NCBI GenBank assembly: GCA_963703955.1 | Contig: CAVPGK010000006.1 | Location: forward strand, 64,001-128,000 | Length of the DNA stretch: 64,000 bases | DNA from: Nitrospirota bacterium | GTDB taxonomy: Bacteria; Nitrospirota; Nitrospiria; Nitrospirales; Nitrospiraceae | Reading direction: 5' to 3' | Part shown: piece by piece, positions 24,541 through 34,724 of the stretch | Position numbering within the stretch: the first letter of the stretch is position 1 | Layout of the letters: each line of letters starts with the position of its first letter | Notes under the pieces: generated by a model | Told to the model about the DNA's origin: nothing | Database searches by the model: none | Seen by the model: the letters and a program-made list of their open reading frames with translations, nothing else | Made by a program: the position numbers and the translations under genes

Positions 24541-25738
24541 CTAAGCCTTTGCCTGAGACTCACTGATCGGTGATCCCTGTCCTTCCTCGTCGATCTGGGC
24601 TTCTGCGTTCTGCTGACTTCTAAGCGCCTCATCCTGTTCGCGCTGGGCTTCGGCCTCCTCGGCTAACGCGGCTTTGATTTCACGGTCCCGCTCGACCTTT
24701 TCTTTTTCATACTCTGTGGAACTGATGATGTCGATTCTCCAGCCGGTCAATTTCGCAGCGAGCCGTACATTCTGTCCGTTCTTTCCAATCGCCAGCGAGA
24801 GCTGGGAGTCGGCAACAACGACCAGCGCAGACTTTTTCTCTTCATCAATGCCGACCTTTTCAATCGAGGCCGGGTTCAGGGCTTCGGCAATGAACACCCG
24901 CGGATCCGAGGTCCATGCAATAATGTCGATTTTCTCGCCGCGCAGCTCCCTGACCACTGCCTGCACGCGCGACCCCTTGATGCCAACACAGGCTCCCACG
25001 GGATCGACGGCTTTGTCTCGAGACGAGACCGCGATCTTCGTCCGATCGCCCGGCTCGCGTACAACCCCCTTGATCTCCACAATTTTCTCGCCCACCTCCG
25101 GGACTTCGAGTTCAAACAGCTTGGTCACGAATTGCGGATGGGTCCGAGAGAGGATAACCTGCACGTCCTTGGGTGTTCGCCGAACTTCAACCAGATAGGC
25201 TTTGATCCGATCTCCTCGGCGGTAGGTTTCACGGGGAATCTGTTCGGAGGCAGGTAATACCGCTTCCGTCTTTCCGAGGTCCACGAGATAATTTCGTCGC
25301 TCCTGGCCCATGATGATCCCGTTAATGAGATCGCCTTGCCTGGTGGAGTATTCCTTTTGAACCGACTCCCACTCCGCTTCTCGGACCTTCTGGCAGATCA
25401 CCTGTTTCGCCGTTTGCGCGGCAATCCGGCCTCAACTCATCCATCTCGATGACGGAACCGATCTCGTCGCCAATCTCCGCTTCACTGTCGACACGGCGAG
25501 CTTCATGAATCGAGATTTCAGCCTTCGGGTTTGTCACCGTATCAACGATGGTTTTCAGCGATACGACGGCAATCTCTCCCGTCTTTTGATCGATCTGAAC
25601 CTGAATGTTCTCGCCTTGGCCAAATCGTTTTTTTGCCGCCGTTTGAAGCGCCGCTTCAACTGCGCCGATCACCCGGGCTTTATCGATACCCTTCTCGCGA
25701 CCGATTTGATCGATGACCGCAATCAACTCACGATTCAT
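24541..25738 (-). CDS. nusA: Transcription factor NusA, split by a +1 frameshift at ~25432 (probable sequence error)
   Basis: N-terminal ORF 25322-25738 plus S1/KH ORF 24541-25401; removing one base restores ELGRIAAQTAKQVI. Confidence 0.93.
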
Positions 25739-25789
25739 AGATAGCGTCCCCCGCTCTCGGAAGAGCCCACCCCGTACCCACAGCTGAGC

Positions 25790-26296
25790 CTAGAACTCCA
25801 CTTCAAGTCGCCCTTCCGCAATGGCCCCCCATGGGACACGAATGGTCCGCGTTCCGCCAGATCGTGTAACGGTAAGATCGACCCCATCGTCGTTCACTTC
25901 GACCAACCGCCCGATCACGCGCCACTGCCCCTCAAAGGGATCTCGAAACCTCAGGTTGATCAGCTTCCCGATCGACCGACGGTAATCGTCAACGTACTTC
26001 AGCGGACGGTCAAGGCCTGGAGAGGACACCTCAAGACGGTAGGCGTGTGGAACAGGATCCGTCACATCAAGCGCGTGACCCAGAGAGACATGAACCTGCT
26101 CGCAATCATCGAGATTGACCCCGCCCGGTTTGTCGATGTACACCCGGACGACGCTGCGAGGTCCCTGCCCGACACACTCCACGCCGACCAACTCCAGCTC
26201 TAACGCTCGGACGATGGGCGCCGCGACCGCACGCACCGAGTCGGTAATATTATGATGGGATGTTCCTCGATGAGTACGTTCCCAGACGCGACCCAT
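25790..26296 (-). CDS. rimP: Ribosome maturation factor RimP
   Basis: RVYIDK.GGV.LDDC, YRLEVSSPGLDRPL. Confidence 0.95.
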   Translation of the reverse strand: MGRVWERTHRGTSHHNITDSVRAVAAPIVRALELELVGVECVGQGPRSVVRVYIDKPGGVNLDDCEQVHVSLGHALDVTDPVPHAYRLEVSSPGLDRPLKYVDDYRRSIGKLINLRFRDPFEGQWRVIGRLVEVNDDGVDLTVTRSGGTRTIRVPWGAIAEGRLEVEF

Positions 26297-26317
26297 TTGG
26301 TATACGTGAACCCAAAC

Positions 26318-26341
26318 AAAAAAGTGGGCCTCCGCCCACTT
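26318..26341 (-). promoter_or_regulatory. rimP leader / attenuator-like hairpin
   Basis: Minus strand AAGTGGGC-GGAG-GCCCACTT running into a U-tract, just upstream of rimP; resembles the GTGGG..CCCAC motif commonly found before rimP. Confidence 0.65.
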
Positions 26342-26394
26342 CCAGTGCGCAACAAGCTACCATGTTCAACACGCCGTTGCAAGAGGCCGGCTAG

Positions 26395-27234
26395 CTAGCT
26401 CACCAGGCATCTGAAGCGAGCGCTGAGCCGTTCCGTGAGCGCTCCGGGTTTCCCGCTCCCAACCGTCACTCCATCGACGCGCACCACCGGGAGGACTTCT
26501 AACGTCGTGCCTGTCAAAAAGATCTCATCGGCCTGTCGGAACTCCTCCAGGCCGATATCTTGTTCTCGGACGGAGACCCCATCCGCTCTTGCCAGATCGA
26601 GCACCACCCTTCGCGTCACCCCGGAAAGAATCCATTCACCTTCCTGGGGAGTCACCAAGACTCCGGCGCGAACCAACATGACATTGCTGACGGCTCCCTC
26701 TGTGACCACTCCGCGCCGCACGAAGATCGCCTCAAATGCCCCAGCCTCCTTGGCGCGCTGACGGGCCATCACGTTCGACAACAGATTGAGACTCTTGATA
26801 TCGCATCGCCCCCAGCGGAAATCGTCGATGGTGAGAACCTCCACTCCGACTGCGCACGTGGCCGGGTCCAGCGGTCGCATTTCGCGTATCGTCATGACCG
26901 CTGTGGGAGGAGTCGTGTCGGGAAAGGCGTGATCGCGCGGCGCCACGCCGCGCGTGAGCTGAAGATACACCTTGCTTTCTTCATACCCTCCACGTCGAAT
27001 TCCTTCTTGGATGAAGTTCTTCCATTCTTCCATGCTAAGAGGATTGGCCAGCGCAATGGCCTTGGCGCTTCGTTCCAGCCGAGCCAAGTGGGCCTCCGGC
27101 TGAAAAGGCACACCTCGGTACGTGCGGATAACCTCGTACACACCGTCCCCGAACTGGAAGCCGCGATCCTCCACGGAGACCGTCGCTTCTTCCAAAGGCA
27201 TAAAGCGGCCGTTGACATAACCTATGTTAGCCAC
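26395..27234 (-). CDS. dat: D-amino-acid transaminase (class IV aminotransferase)
   Basis: EDRGFQFGDGVYEV, DIKSLNLL, ILSGVTR; GTG at 27234. Confidence 0.85.
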   Translation of the reverse strand: MANIGYVNGRFMPLEEATVSVEDRGFQFGDGVYEVIRTYRGVPFQPEAHLARLERSAKAIALANPLSMEEWKNFIQEGIRRGGYEESKVYLQLTRGVAPRDHAFPDTTPPTAVMTIREMRPLDPATCAVGVEVLTIDDFRWGRCDIKSLNLLSNVMARQRAKEAGAFEAIFVRRGVVTEGAVSNVMLVRAGVLVTPQEGEWILSGVTRRVVLDLARADGVSVREQDIGLEEFRQADEIFLTGTTLEVLPVVRVDGVTVGSGKPGALTERLSARFRCLVS

Positions 27235-27562
27235 TGTTTTTCTCGGGGGCGAACTGGTCGGCAACCTCGATCAGGAACACGCGACGGTCCTCAGCCGTGA
27301 ACTTCCATCCCAATCGCTTTTCGAACACGAGCCGATGCGTGCCCGGTTGGACAACCCGAAATTCAAACGTCCTTCGTCCTGAATCAACCGCATTGTTGCT
27401 GGTGGTACGAAGGAAATCCTCATTGACTAAGACAAGAGACTCCGGATCATAGGAAGGAACCCATTGCTCGCCACGCGTCCGATCTTCCCACAGGTGAATA
27501 GGAACGATGGCGTCCTTCCCTGTCCGGATCGTCTTGGCGACCTCTCGAGTCCCTTCGCTCAT
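27227..27562 (-). CDS. Protease inhibitor I42 (chagasin-like) family protein
   Basis: L.E..T.G..W, G.R.FEF....PG...LVF..R..W pattern. Confidence 0.6.
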   Translation of the reverse strand: MSEGTREVAKTIRTGKDAIVPIHLWEDRTRGEQWVPSYDPESLVLVNEDFLRTTSNNAVDSGRRTFEFRVVQPGTHRLVFEKRLGWKFTAEDRRVFLIEVADQFAPEKNSG

Positions 27563-27689
27563 GATTCCTTCACCCATTGGCGACACTCCGGCCTGCGCTC
27601 TGCGATCATGATTCACTGGATGATAAACGCCGAACGGCTTGCGGCTCAGGAGAAGTACGATGGTTTGCAGAGGATATCAGGCGCAGAGA

Positions 27690-28016
27690 TCAGATTTTAC
27701 GGCGCCCACCAACAAACACTTCGTCGCCCTCGACGCGAACTTCATAGCTTCCGACGCAGTAGCCTCCCCCATCGGTACCCTGACCGTTCCGAACATCAAA
27801 CGCCAAATCATGCCACGGACAGGACACGACACACCCCTTCAATCGTCCCTGAGCTAACGGCCCCCCTTCATGAGGGCAAATGTTATAGATGGCATAGAAC
27901 GTCCCCTCGACGTTAAACACCGCGATGGGCCTTTCATTGACCTGCACGACCTTGGAGGCGCCGGGAGGGATTTCATCGACCCGGGCGACCATTTTGAAAC
28001 CGTCCGTGCTGCTCAT
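27690..28016 (-). CDS. Rieske [2Fe-2S] ferredoxin (NirD-like)
   Basis: CPHEGGPL and CPWH motifs. Confidence 0.93.
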   Translation of the reverse strand: MSSTDGFKMVARVDEIPPGASKVVQVNERPIAVFNVEGTFYAIYNICPHEGGPLAQGRLKGCVVSCPWHDLAFDVRNGQGTDGGGYCVGSYEVRVEGDEVFVGGRRKI

Positions 28017-28061
28017 GAATCGAGATGCGACGTTCCACCCCTGTGAGAATCTGGGCCAACG

Positions 28062-28559
28062 TCATGACAATCGAAGCGCGAACTTCAACTCCATACCAGG
28101 CTCCAAATGTTCTTGGCCAAGGAACCCGGCTGTAGTCTGAATGATGTACCGCGCCTTTTCGGGCGGCGGTCCGTACAGAGGACACGGGTCGCGAGGGCAG
28201 GGTTCTGCCCCTCCCACCAAGTGAACCACATGTCGACTCTCGTCGGCCCAAATAATATCTACAGGGAACTTGAATCCCTTCGTTCGCATCCGGTGGCGAT
28301 CCGAAGTGTCGAAGATATACAGCATTCCGGAGTCCGGGGGCAATGCCTCCCTGAAGGCAAGACCGAAGAGCAGCTTTTCAGGCGTGTCGGCTACTTCGGC
28401 CTGGATTGCTCTTCCACTCGGGAAGGTCACGATGATCGTATCGGTGTCCTTCTGATTGGTGAGGAACCAACTTCCGGTCAGCAGGACAAGGGACAACACG
28501 ATTAGCACGAAGACCCGACTTCGTTTCGGGGTCGCTGTGGGATCCAACAAAGATTTCAC
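28062..28559 (-). CDS. DUF192 domain protein with N-terminal membrane anchor
   Basis: AEVADT....GL.FR..L...GML.IF, PC..DPCP.Y. Confidence 0.88.
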   Translation of the reverse strand: MKSLLDPTATPKRSRVFVLIVLSLVLLTGSWFLTNQKDTDTIIVTFPSGRAIQAEVADTPEKLLFGLAFREALPPDSGMLYIFDTSDRHRMRTKGFKFPVDIIWADESRHVVHLVGGAEPCPRDPCPLYGPPPEKARYIIQTTAGFLGQEHLEPGMELKFALRLS

Positions 28560-28644
28560 GTGGGGTCTTTTCAGTTCAGGTTTGCACGACTAGGTCCAAC
28601 GGCCCAGATTGATGATATGGGCCTTCTGATCACGACATTGTCTG

Positions 28645-28674
28645 TTGACTTGGAAGAAAAACGCGGTCTAGAAT
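28645..28674 (+). promoter_or_regulatory. sigma70-type promoter for the ferredoxin gene
   Basis: TTGACT-N18-TAGAAT. Confidence 0.55.
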
Positions 28675-28747
28675 GCGGATGCTCTGGCACGGAATATGAG
28701 CCGGGCAGACTGAAGATGTCAATACCGCGTGTAAGGAGGCTAGGGTT

Positions 28748-29095
28748 ATGGCTCTCTTAATTACTGATGAATGCATTTCCTGTGGGGCCTGCTTGCCGGA
28801 GTGCCCGAATGAAGCCATTTTCGAAACTCGGAGTGATGCGGAGGGCAAGGGCTACCAGGTCGGTGAAGGACAAGGGGTGGGAGACAGCATCTACGTCATC
28901 ACTCACGAGCGGTGCACTGAATGCGTCGGCCATTTCGACGAACCACAGTGTGCGGCCGTCTGCCCGGTCGACAACTGCTGCATCTCGGATCCGGCCTATC
29001 CGGAAACCACTGATGTGCTCCTGGAGAAAGCCAGAAAACTCAACCCCGACAAGCAAATCGACGACAACAAGGTCTGGAGCGGCGTGCGCAACTGA
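28748..29095 (+). CDS. YfhL-type 2x[4Fe-4S] ferredoxin
   Basis: CISCGACLPECP and CTECVGHFDEPQCAAVCP; SD aaggagg. Confidence 0.95.
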   Translation: MALLITDECISCGACLPECPNEAIFETRSDAEGKGYQVGEGQGVGDSIYVITHERCTECVGHFDEPQCAAVCPVDNCCISDPAYPETTDVLLEKARKLNPDKQIDDNKVWSGVRN

Positions 29096-29118
29096 TTCAG
29101 AATTAATGGTCACGTTAT

Positions 29119-29149
29119 AAAACCCCCATCGCGCAGGCGATGGGGGTTT
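29119..29149 (+). terminator. Intrinsic terminator
   Basis: aaacccccatcgc-gcag-gcgatgggggttt. Confidence 0.85.
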
Positions 29150-29260
29150 GTTATTCAGACCGAGTCCCTCTCAGAGCAACCTCCCGCGACGCCGCAGAAT
29201 TCAGCTCTGGCTTGCACCTCCATGATATACTTTGGTGTATCCTCACGGGGAGGTTCGCTA

Positions 29261-29593
29261 ATGTACACCAAACTTGCTTTGCTCATCTGCTTGGCAGCAA
29301 CCTTGTGGCAACCGATTTCTGTCGAGGCGCGCCGGGGCGATATCTTCACCATTATCGAAGGCTTTATGGCGAAGCAGTTCCCGGAGGCCAAAAGTCACTT
29401 CTGGGTTGTGAACGCCACCCAGTGGCAGGCCGAAGATGAGATCGTGGTCGACCTCAACACGGTGGTGGTGGGCAAGGTCGGTCAAGCACCAACTGAAAAT
29501 CGGTTCTTGCTGTTGATCGTCGGCGACAGGCTCGCGGCGGCTCAGAACATTCCCATGGATGCCGCCGTGGAGTGTAATCCCGAGCGGGCCTGA
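29261..29593 (+). CDS. Exported hypothetical protein
   Basis: SD ggagg; signal peptide ending VEA. Confidence 0.7.
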   Translation: MYTKLALLICLAATLWQPISVEARRGDIFTIIEGFMAKQFPEAKSHFWVVNATQWQAEDEIVVDLNTVVVGKVGQAPTENRFLLLIVGDRLAAAQNIPMDAAVECNPERA

Positions 29594-29615
29594 ACGGCGC
29601 GCGGCATTCACTCCC

Positions 29616-29656
29616 AAAACAAACGCCCCATCCACTGGTCGAGAGTGGATGGGGCG
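29616..29656. terminator. Terminator between convergent genes
   Basis: cgccccatccact-ggtcgag-agtggatggggcg with flanking A/T tracts. Confidence 0.8.
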
Positions 29657-29690
29657 ATCCTGTTTTGAGGATGGATAACCTTGAACGGTG

Positions 29691-30173
29691 TTACTTGATC
29701 ATCAAGAATCTCCCGCCGATATGCCCCGGATGAAGATGGCATTTGTAGGTCAGGGTGGATCCCTGAGTGGCATAAAAGAGATCGCTGGTCGGGATGCCGA
29801 TGTACTTGCTCTCGCCCGGCTTCAAGACAACCTGCACCTTCAACGCAGTCGGAGCGGCCTGCTCTGCATCATCAACTGTCATGAAGAACCCATGCTCGGC
29901 TGACGAATTGTTGGTCACCTTGAGAACGAGCGGCCGGCCGGCCCGTGCTTTAAAGTCAATGATCGTGGCGGGCGGATACCACACCTTCGCGTTTCCAATC
30001 TCCATCGCAAACAGTTCCTGATCCACGGGCAGTTCCTTGAATGGCTGGCCCACGACAGATCCGGTCTCGAGATCGCCTATCTCGACACCACCGGCTTGCA
30101 TGGCGAATGAGGTAGACGCCCCCGCCGCAATGACCACTAGGCCGAAAAAGATCGACAATAGCATCTTACCCAT
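29691..30173 (-). CDS. Exported cupredoxin-domain protein with atypical ligand set
   Basis: Signal peptide; VTNNSSAEHGF, LKPGESK, YKCHLHPGHIGG; SD aaggagg. Confidence 0.8.
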   Translation of the reverse strand: MGKMLLSIFFGLVVIAAGASTSFAMQAGGVEIGDLETGSVVGQPFKELPVDQELFAMEIGNAKVWYPPATIIDFKARAGRPLVLKVTNNSSAEHGFFMTVDDAEQAAPTALKVQVVLKPGESKYIGIPTSDLFYATQGSTLTYKCHLHPGHIGGRFLMIK

Positions 30174-30388
30174 GGCCCTACCTCCTTGGGACATAAAATA
30201 TGTGATTAGGTTAATAATGAGGAATTCAACCGCAGCCCAATGCGCCTGGAAGATTTCACCCGCCGACCCCACCCGCCGCTCCTTATAGCATAGGCCCCTG
30301 TGGGAAGCAAGAATCTTCTTTTCATGCTCAATTCAATTTTTGTCTAAAATTGGAGCAGACTTTCAATGGCTTACGAATCAACTGTCCT

Positions 30389-31955
30389 TCAGGGAATTAC
30401 CATCGATCCGTCCTGACCCACTAAGAGATCGTACGGAGCATAGTCATCCGTGAGAACGACTCCTCGTGGCCATTCCGCCTTGCGTTGCGAAGTCAGTAAC
30501 CCATTCACTTCAACAGGCAATCGACGTTGTTCGATGAGACTACTTACGTGAGCCGCGAATTCGGGTTGGCTCATCATCCTCACTCGAGTGCCCGCGAAGA
30601 AGATGAGATTTTCGGCTCCAGGGGGGCTCTTTCGCCACGGACCTTTCACAGCGAACGATTCAATGAAAGGGAACACGGTCCGAAGCGTTTCCACGACGGC
30701 ATAAGACCGCTGACGATCCGGTCCCTCGCCAGACGAAGCCAGATTGACCGCCAAAACCCCGTCGGGACGCAGATGCGAACGCAACTCGCTGAAGAATTCT
30801 TGTGTCGTCAGATGGAACGGAATCAAATGCCGGGCGAATACGTCCAACCAGATGATATCGTATTGCTCATCAGTGGCTCGCAGGAATAGTCGAGCGTCTC
30901 TCGACATGTACGCGATGTTTCGTCGGCCGGGCATAACCGAAATATTGCTCCGCGGCCCAGGCGACCGAGGGATCGACTTCCACCGTATCAAGGCCAAGGT
31001 CTGGCCAGCGACGGGCGAGCCACTTGGCCAGGGACCCACCGCCATGACCCAGAATCAGCGCCCGTTTCGGTTCGGGCGCGATCGCAAGGGCCGCCATCAT
31101 CAGTTGACTGTAAGGGAGGAAAAGCTCGACCGGGTCCGCCTTCCACATTACGGCATGGAAGGTCCGATCGAGAATCAGGTAACGGAAGAGGTCATCATCA
31201 CGAATACGGACCTGCTGATATGGACTGTCTTCCTGGTGGATCGGCGCGGACAGGACCTGTACCGGATGCAGCGAAAACCATCCCAGGCTCACGCTGCTTA
31301 TGAAGAGACACAAACTCCCGGCGGCTCTTGCAACCCTTCCGGCTCGGACCGCAACGGCGCGCCACCACCAGAGTATGCCTAGCAGAACCTGAACGCCACC
31401 CAAGACCGTGACCAGCGTCATGCTTCCCAGCCATGTCAGCAGATAAAAGGCGGTTCCCCATGTCCCGACCAGGCTTCCGATCGTTGAGACGGCGATCATC
31501 CGGCCGGTCTGTCGCCCCAAGTGTCCAAGATCACCGATCGACAGCCGAAGAAGAGCGGGCAAGACTCCGCTCAGGCAGAATGCCGGAGGAGCCAGCAACA
31601 CACCTACCGCCAGACATGGACCCCATCGCGGATCCTGGATTGACGCAGAGACCTTCAACATGACCGGCTGTCCGACCCCTGCGAGAAGAAACGTCCATCC
31701 CCCAGAGACGAGAAGGAGCCAGGCGAGCAGCGCGCCTCCGTGGTAACGATCAGCCAGCCACCCTCCCATAGCATATCCGCTGCTCATCGCCGCCAGAATA
31801 ACCCCGATAAGCGCGCCCCACACATAGAGGGAGTTGCCGAACACCGGGGCCAGCAGTCGGCTTCCTAAGATTTCAAGCGCCATCACCGAGGCCCCGCTGA
31901 TGAACGCGGTGATTAGCAGCCAGACTCGAGACCATTGGGAGTGACTGGAACTCAT
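30389..31955 (-). CDS. Fused membrane / spermidine-synthase-like methyltransferase, +1 frameshift at ~30900
   Basis: 7-TM N-terminus (LEILGSRLLAPVFG), LILGHGGGS, VEVDP; second frame DARLFL...YDIIWLDVF...PFHLTTQEFF...LTDDYAP. Confidence 0.85.
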
Positions 31956-32012
31956 ACGGAGGGGATGAACCGACAGATCCGAACGGGGATGAAGCGGGGG
32001 ACCTGAAGGGAA

Positions 32013-32423
32013 TTACAGCGTTCCCCAATTCTTAAAATAACGCAAAAGGTCCCGCACGGAGATGATTCCGACAATCTGACTGTCTTGGGTAATGACTAGG
32101 TGTCTAATTCCTTTTTCAGACATGAGATCGCTGGCCTCATGAGCCGAGCGGTCGATCTCAATGGTGATCAAAGGACTGCTCATAATGGACTGCACCGGAG
32201 TCTGGTCCGGATTGAGGCCAACGGCCATCGCCTTCCGAACCAGGTCCGACTCACTCACCACCCCCAGATAGACGCCGTCACTGAGAACCAGCAAGGCGCC
32301 GACCCGTGAATTTCGCATCAGCCCGGCGGCTTCCGACAGAGTGGCCTCAGGGCGAATCGTTCGAATCTCGCGATTCATCATGACCGCCAAGGGGCGCAGA
32401 ATCGCACCCATCTGCATGGCCAT
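32013..32423 (-). CDS. CBS-domain pair protein
   Basis: Two CBS repeats (GVVSESDL, IRHL...GIISVRDL). Confidence 0.9.
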   Translation of the reverse strand: MAMQMGAILRPLAVMMNREIRTIRPEATLSEAAGLMRNSRVGALLVLSDGVYLGVVSESDLVRKAMAVGLNPDQTPVQSIMSSPLITIEIDRSAHEASDLMSEKGIRHLVITQDSQIVGIISVRDLLRYFKNWGTL

Positions 32424-32636
32424 GTCGCGCCTCCTGCCCTCAAGCAACGAGGAAGAGATTGTACTGGGAGCCCCGTAGGCGTGTCAATCGATGATCCGCC
32501 TTGCCACGCTCGCGGCTCGGCCCGGGGATCGGCCCTCTTGCTTGCGGGTCTATCAATGTCTTGTTATACTTTCGGCGTTATATTCCCAGGCCAGAGTCCT
32601 CACAGTGTCTTCACCCATTAGGAGCGGAGTTTCGAC

Positions 32637-33959
32637 ATGTATATCAGTGTGATTGGAACGGGGTACGTCGGCCTAGTAACCGGAGCCTGCTTCGCGGAGT
32701 TCGGCCTGAACGTGGCGTGCATGGACGTCGACGCCCGGCGAGTGACCCGGTTGGAGAAAGGGGATGTCCCCTTTTATGAGCCCGGGGTGACTGAACTCGT
32801 CGCAAAGGGCCTTCGTGAGAATCGTCTGACCTTCACCACGGACATCGCCAAAGCGGTCGACCAGGCTCTCGTGATCTTCATCGCGGTCGGGACCCCCACG
32901 CTAAGTGATGGATCTGCGGATCTGTCCTATGTCGAAGAAGTCGGACGCGGCATAGCTCGCACGATGACCGGATACAAAGTCATCGCCACCAAATCAACCG
33001 TCCCTGTGGGAACGGGGGAAAAACTACGAGAAGTGATACGGGCCCACCAGCCCAACCGGCGTGGATTTGACATTGTCTCCAATCCCGAGTTCCTCCGTGA
33101 AGGCTCCGCGATTGAAGACTTTCTACGCCCCGATCGTGTCGTGATCGGCGCCGACAGCGATCAGGCGATTGCGATCATGAAAAACCTCTACCGGCCGCTC
33201 TATCTGCTGGAAACACCTTTTGTGGTCACCGATATTCCCACCGCCGAGATGATCAAGTACGCCTCCAACGCCTTCCTCGCCACCAAGGTGTCCTTCATCA
33301 ATGAGATCGCCAATCTCTCCGAGCGCGTCGGCGCCGATGTGCAGATCGTCGCCAAAGCGATGGGACTGGACCGCCGGATCGGTCCGAAATTTTTGCATGC
33401 CGGTCCCGGCTTCGGCGGATCCTGCTTTCCCAAAGATGTGGCTGCGCTCATTCAGACGGGCGAGAAGGCCGGACATCAGATGGAGATCATACGCGCAGCC
33501 GCCCGCGTGAACGAACGCCAACGGCTGCTGATGGTCGAAAAAATTCAGCGCGCGCTTGGCGAGTTGAATGGGAAAACGATCGGCATGTTGGGGCTCTCAT
33601 TCAAACCGAACACCAGTGATCTCCGGGAAGCGCCCGCCCTCTTCATCGCTGAACGGCTTCTGTCGGAGGGATGTAACGTGCGGGTCTGCGATCCTGCCGC
33701 CCTTGAAGAAGGGGCTAAGCTCCTCCCAGGAGCGACTATCTGTACGGACCCATACGAAGCAGCCCGCGGGGCGGATGCGCTGATGCTAGTCACGGAGTGG
33801 AATCAGTTCCGCAATTTGGACTTTGAAAAAATCAAGGCCGCCTTGCGTCGTCCTATTTTCATAGACCTCCGAAACGTCTATGAAGCGGACCGAATGGCAG
33901 CTCTTGGGTTCCGTTACATCTCGGTTGGCCGCCCTACACGAGAACCCCAGGCCACTTGA
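32637..33959 (+). CDS. ugd: UDP-glucose 6-dehydrogenase
   Basis: GTGYVGL, KSTVPVG, NPEFLREG, GFGGSCFPKD. Confidence 0.95.
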   Translation: MYISVIGTGYVGLVTGACFAEFGLNVACMDVDARRVTRLEKGDVPFYEPGVTELVAKGLRENRLTFTTDIAKAVDQALVIFIAVGTPTLSDGSADLSYVEEVGRGIARTMTGYKVIATKSTVPVGTGEKLREVIRAHQPNRRGFDIVSNPEFLREGSAIEDFLRPDRVVIGADSDQAIAIMKNLYRPLYLLETPFVVTDIPTAEMIKYASNAFLATKVSFINEIANLSERVGADVQIVAKAMGLDRRIGPKFLHAGPGFGGSCFPKDVAALIQTGEKAGHQMEIIRAAARVNERQRLLMVEKIQRALGELNGKTIGMLGLSFKPNTSDLREAPALFIAERLLSEGCNVRVCDPAALEEGAKLLPGATICTDPYEAARGADALMLVTEWNQFRNLDFEKIKAALRRPIFIDLRNVYEADRMAALGFRYISVGRPTREPQAT

Positions 33960-33998
33960 TACTCCCTGAACTCAAGGTGGACGGCCTGCCATCCCAAC

Positions 33999-34709
33999 TC
34001 AACCGTTCCCGATTTGCTTGACTGCTTCTTTGTCGTCTTTCGACTTGGGTTTGTACCCCATCCGATCGAGAACCTTTAAGATCCTCGTCTTGAGTCGCTC
34101 GTCTGCTTCGCCCAGCGCGGTCGCCAACGGCTCGACTGCGGGCTTTCCGATTTTTCTGATGATTTCCGTGACCGACTGACGCAAGTCATCCTCTTCCGAA
34201 ACCAGCAACGGAATCAACGCGGGCACCGAAGGCCCACCCAGCTTGATGAGCGAATCATAGGCCCGTTGCCGAACGTCACCCACCTCATCCGTCAATGACT
34301 CGACCAACGGCCCGACCGCGCGGATATCTTTGAGATCCCCCAGCGCCTCCGCCGCATATTTGCGATTGAGCCAGTGCGTATCCTTCAAATCTCCAAGCAT
34401 CGCATCCGCCTTGACCGCGTTGGGATCCTTCGCGCGAATGCGGAAGCTTTTCGCAAGGCGCTTCCCGCCCTCTTCCACCACCCTGATAGTGGCTCCGTCA
34501 CCGGGTTTGATCTTGTGGAGGTCCTCGAGGGCCTCTTCGGCGACATCCAACACCACTGTCTTGCCATCATACGCCAACAACTCGACCTCTAATTGCTTCG
34601 CCGCCGGATTCACGGAGACCACCTTCTCGGTAACTAGGTTGAACCCGTCCTTCTTTGCCCCGCCCTTGGGACCGATCTGAAGCAGCTTGATCGGAGTCTC
34701 ATCAGCCAT
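33999..34709 (-). CDS. HEAT/PBS-lyase repeat protein with N-terminal beta-barrel (OB-like) domain
   Basis: AAEALGDLKDIRAVGPLVESL.D..GDVRQRA repeats; beta-rich N-terminus. Confidence 0.85.
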   Translation of the reverse strand: MADETPIKLLQIGPKGGAKKDGFNLVTEKVVSVNPAAKQLEVELLAYDGKTVVLDVAEEALEDLHKIKPGDGATIRVVEEGGKRLAKSFRIRAKDPNAVKADAMLGDLKDTHWLNRKYAAEALGDLKDIRAVGPLVESLTDEVGDVRQRAYDSLIKLGGPSVPALIPLLVSEEDDLRQSVTEIIRKIGKPAVEPLATALGEADERLKTRILKVLDRMGYKPKSKDDKEAVKQIGNG

Positions 34710-34724
34710 TGTGTATCCTCATGG

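Noticed and set aside
29691..30173. Calling this gene nitrosocyanin (ncyA), an ammonia-oxidiser marker
   Set aside because: His sits at the nitrosocyanin Glu position and the spacing differs; only a cupredoxin call is supported
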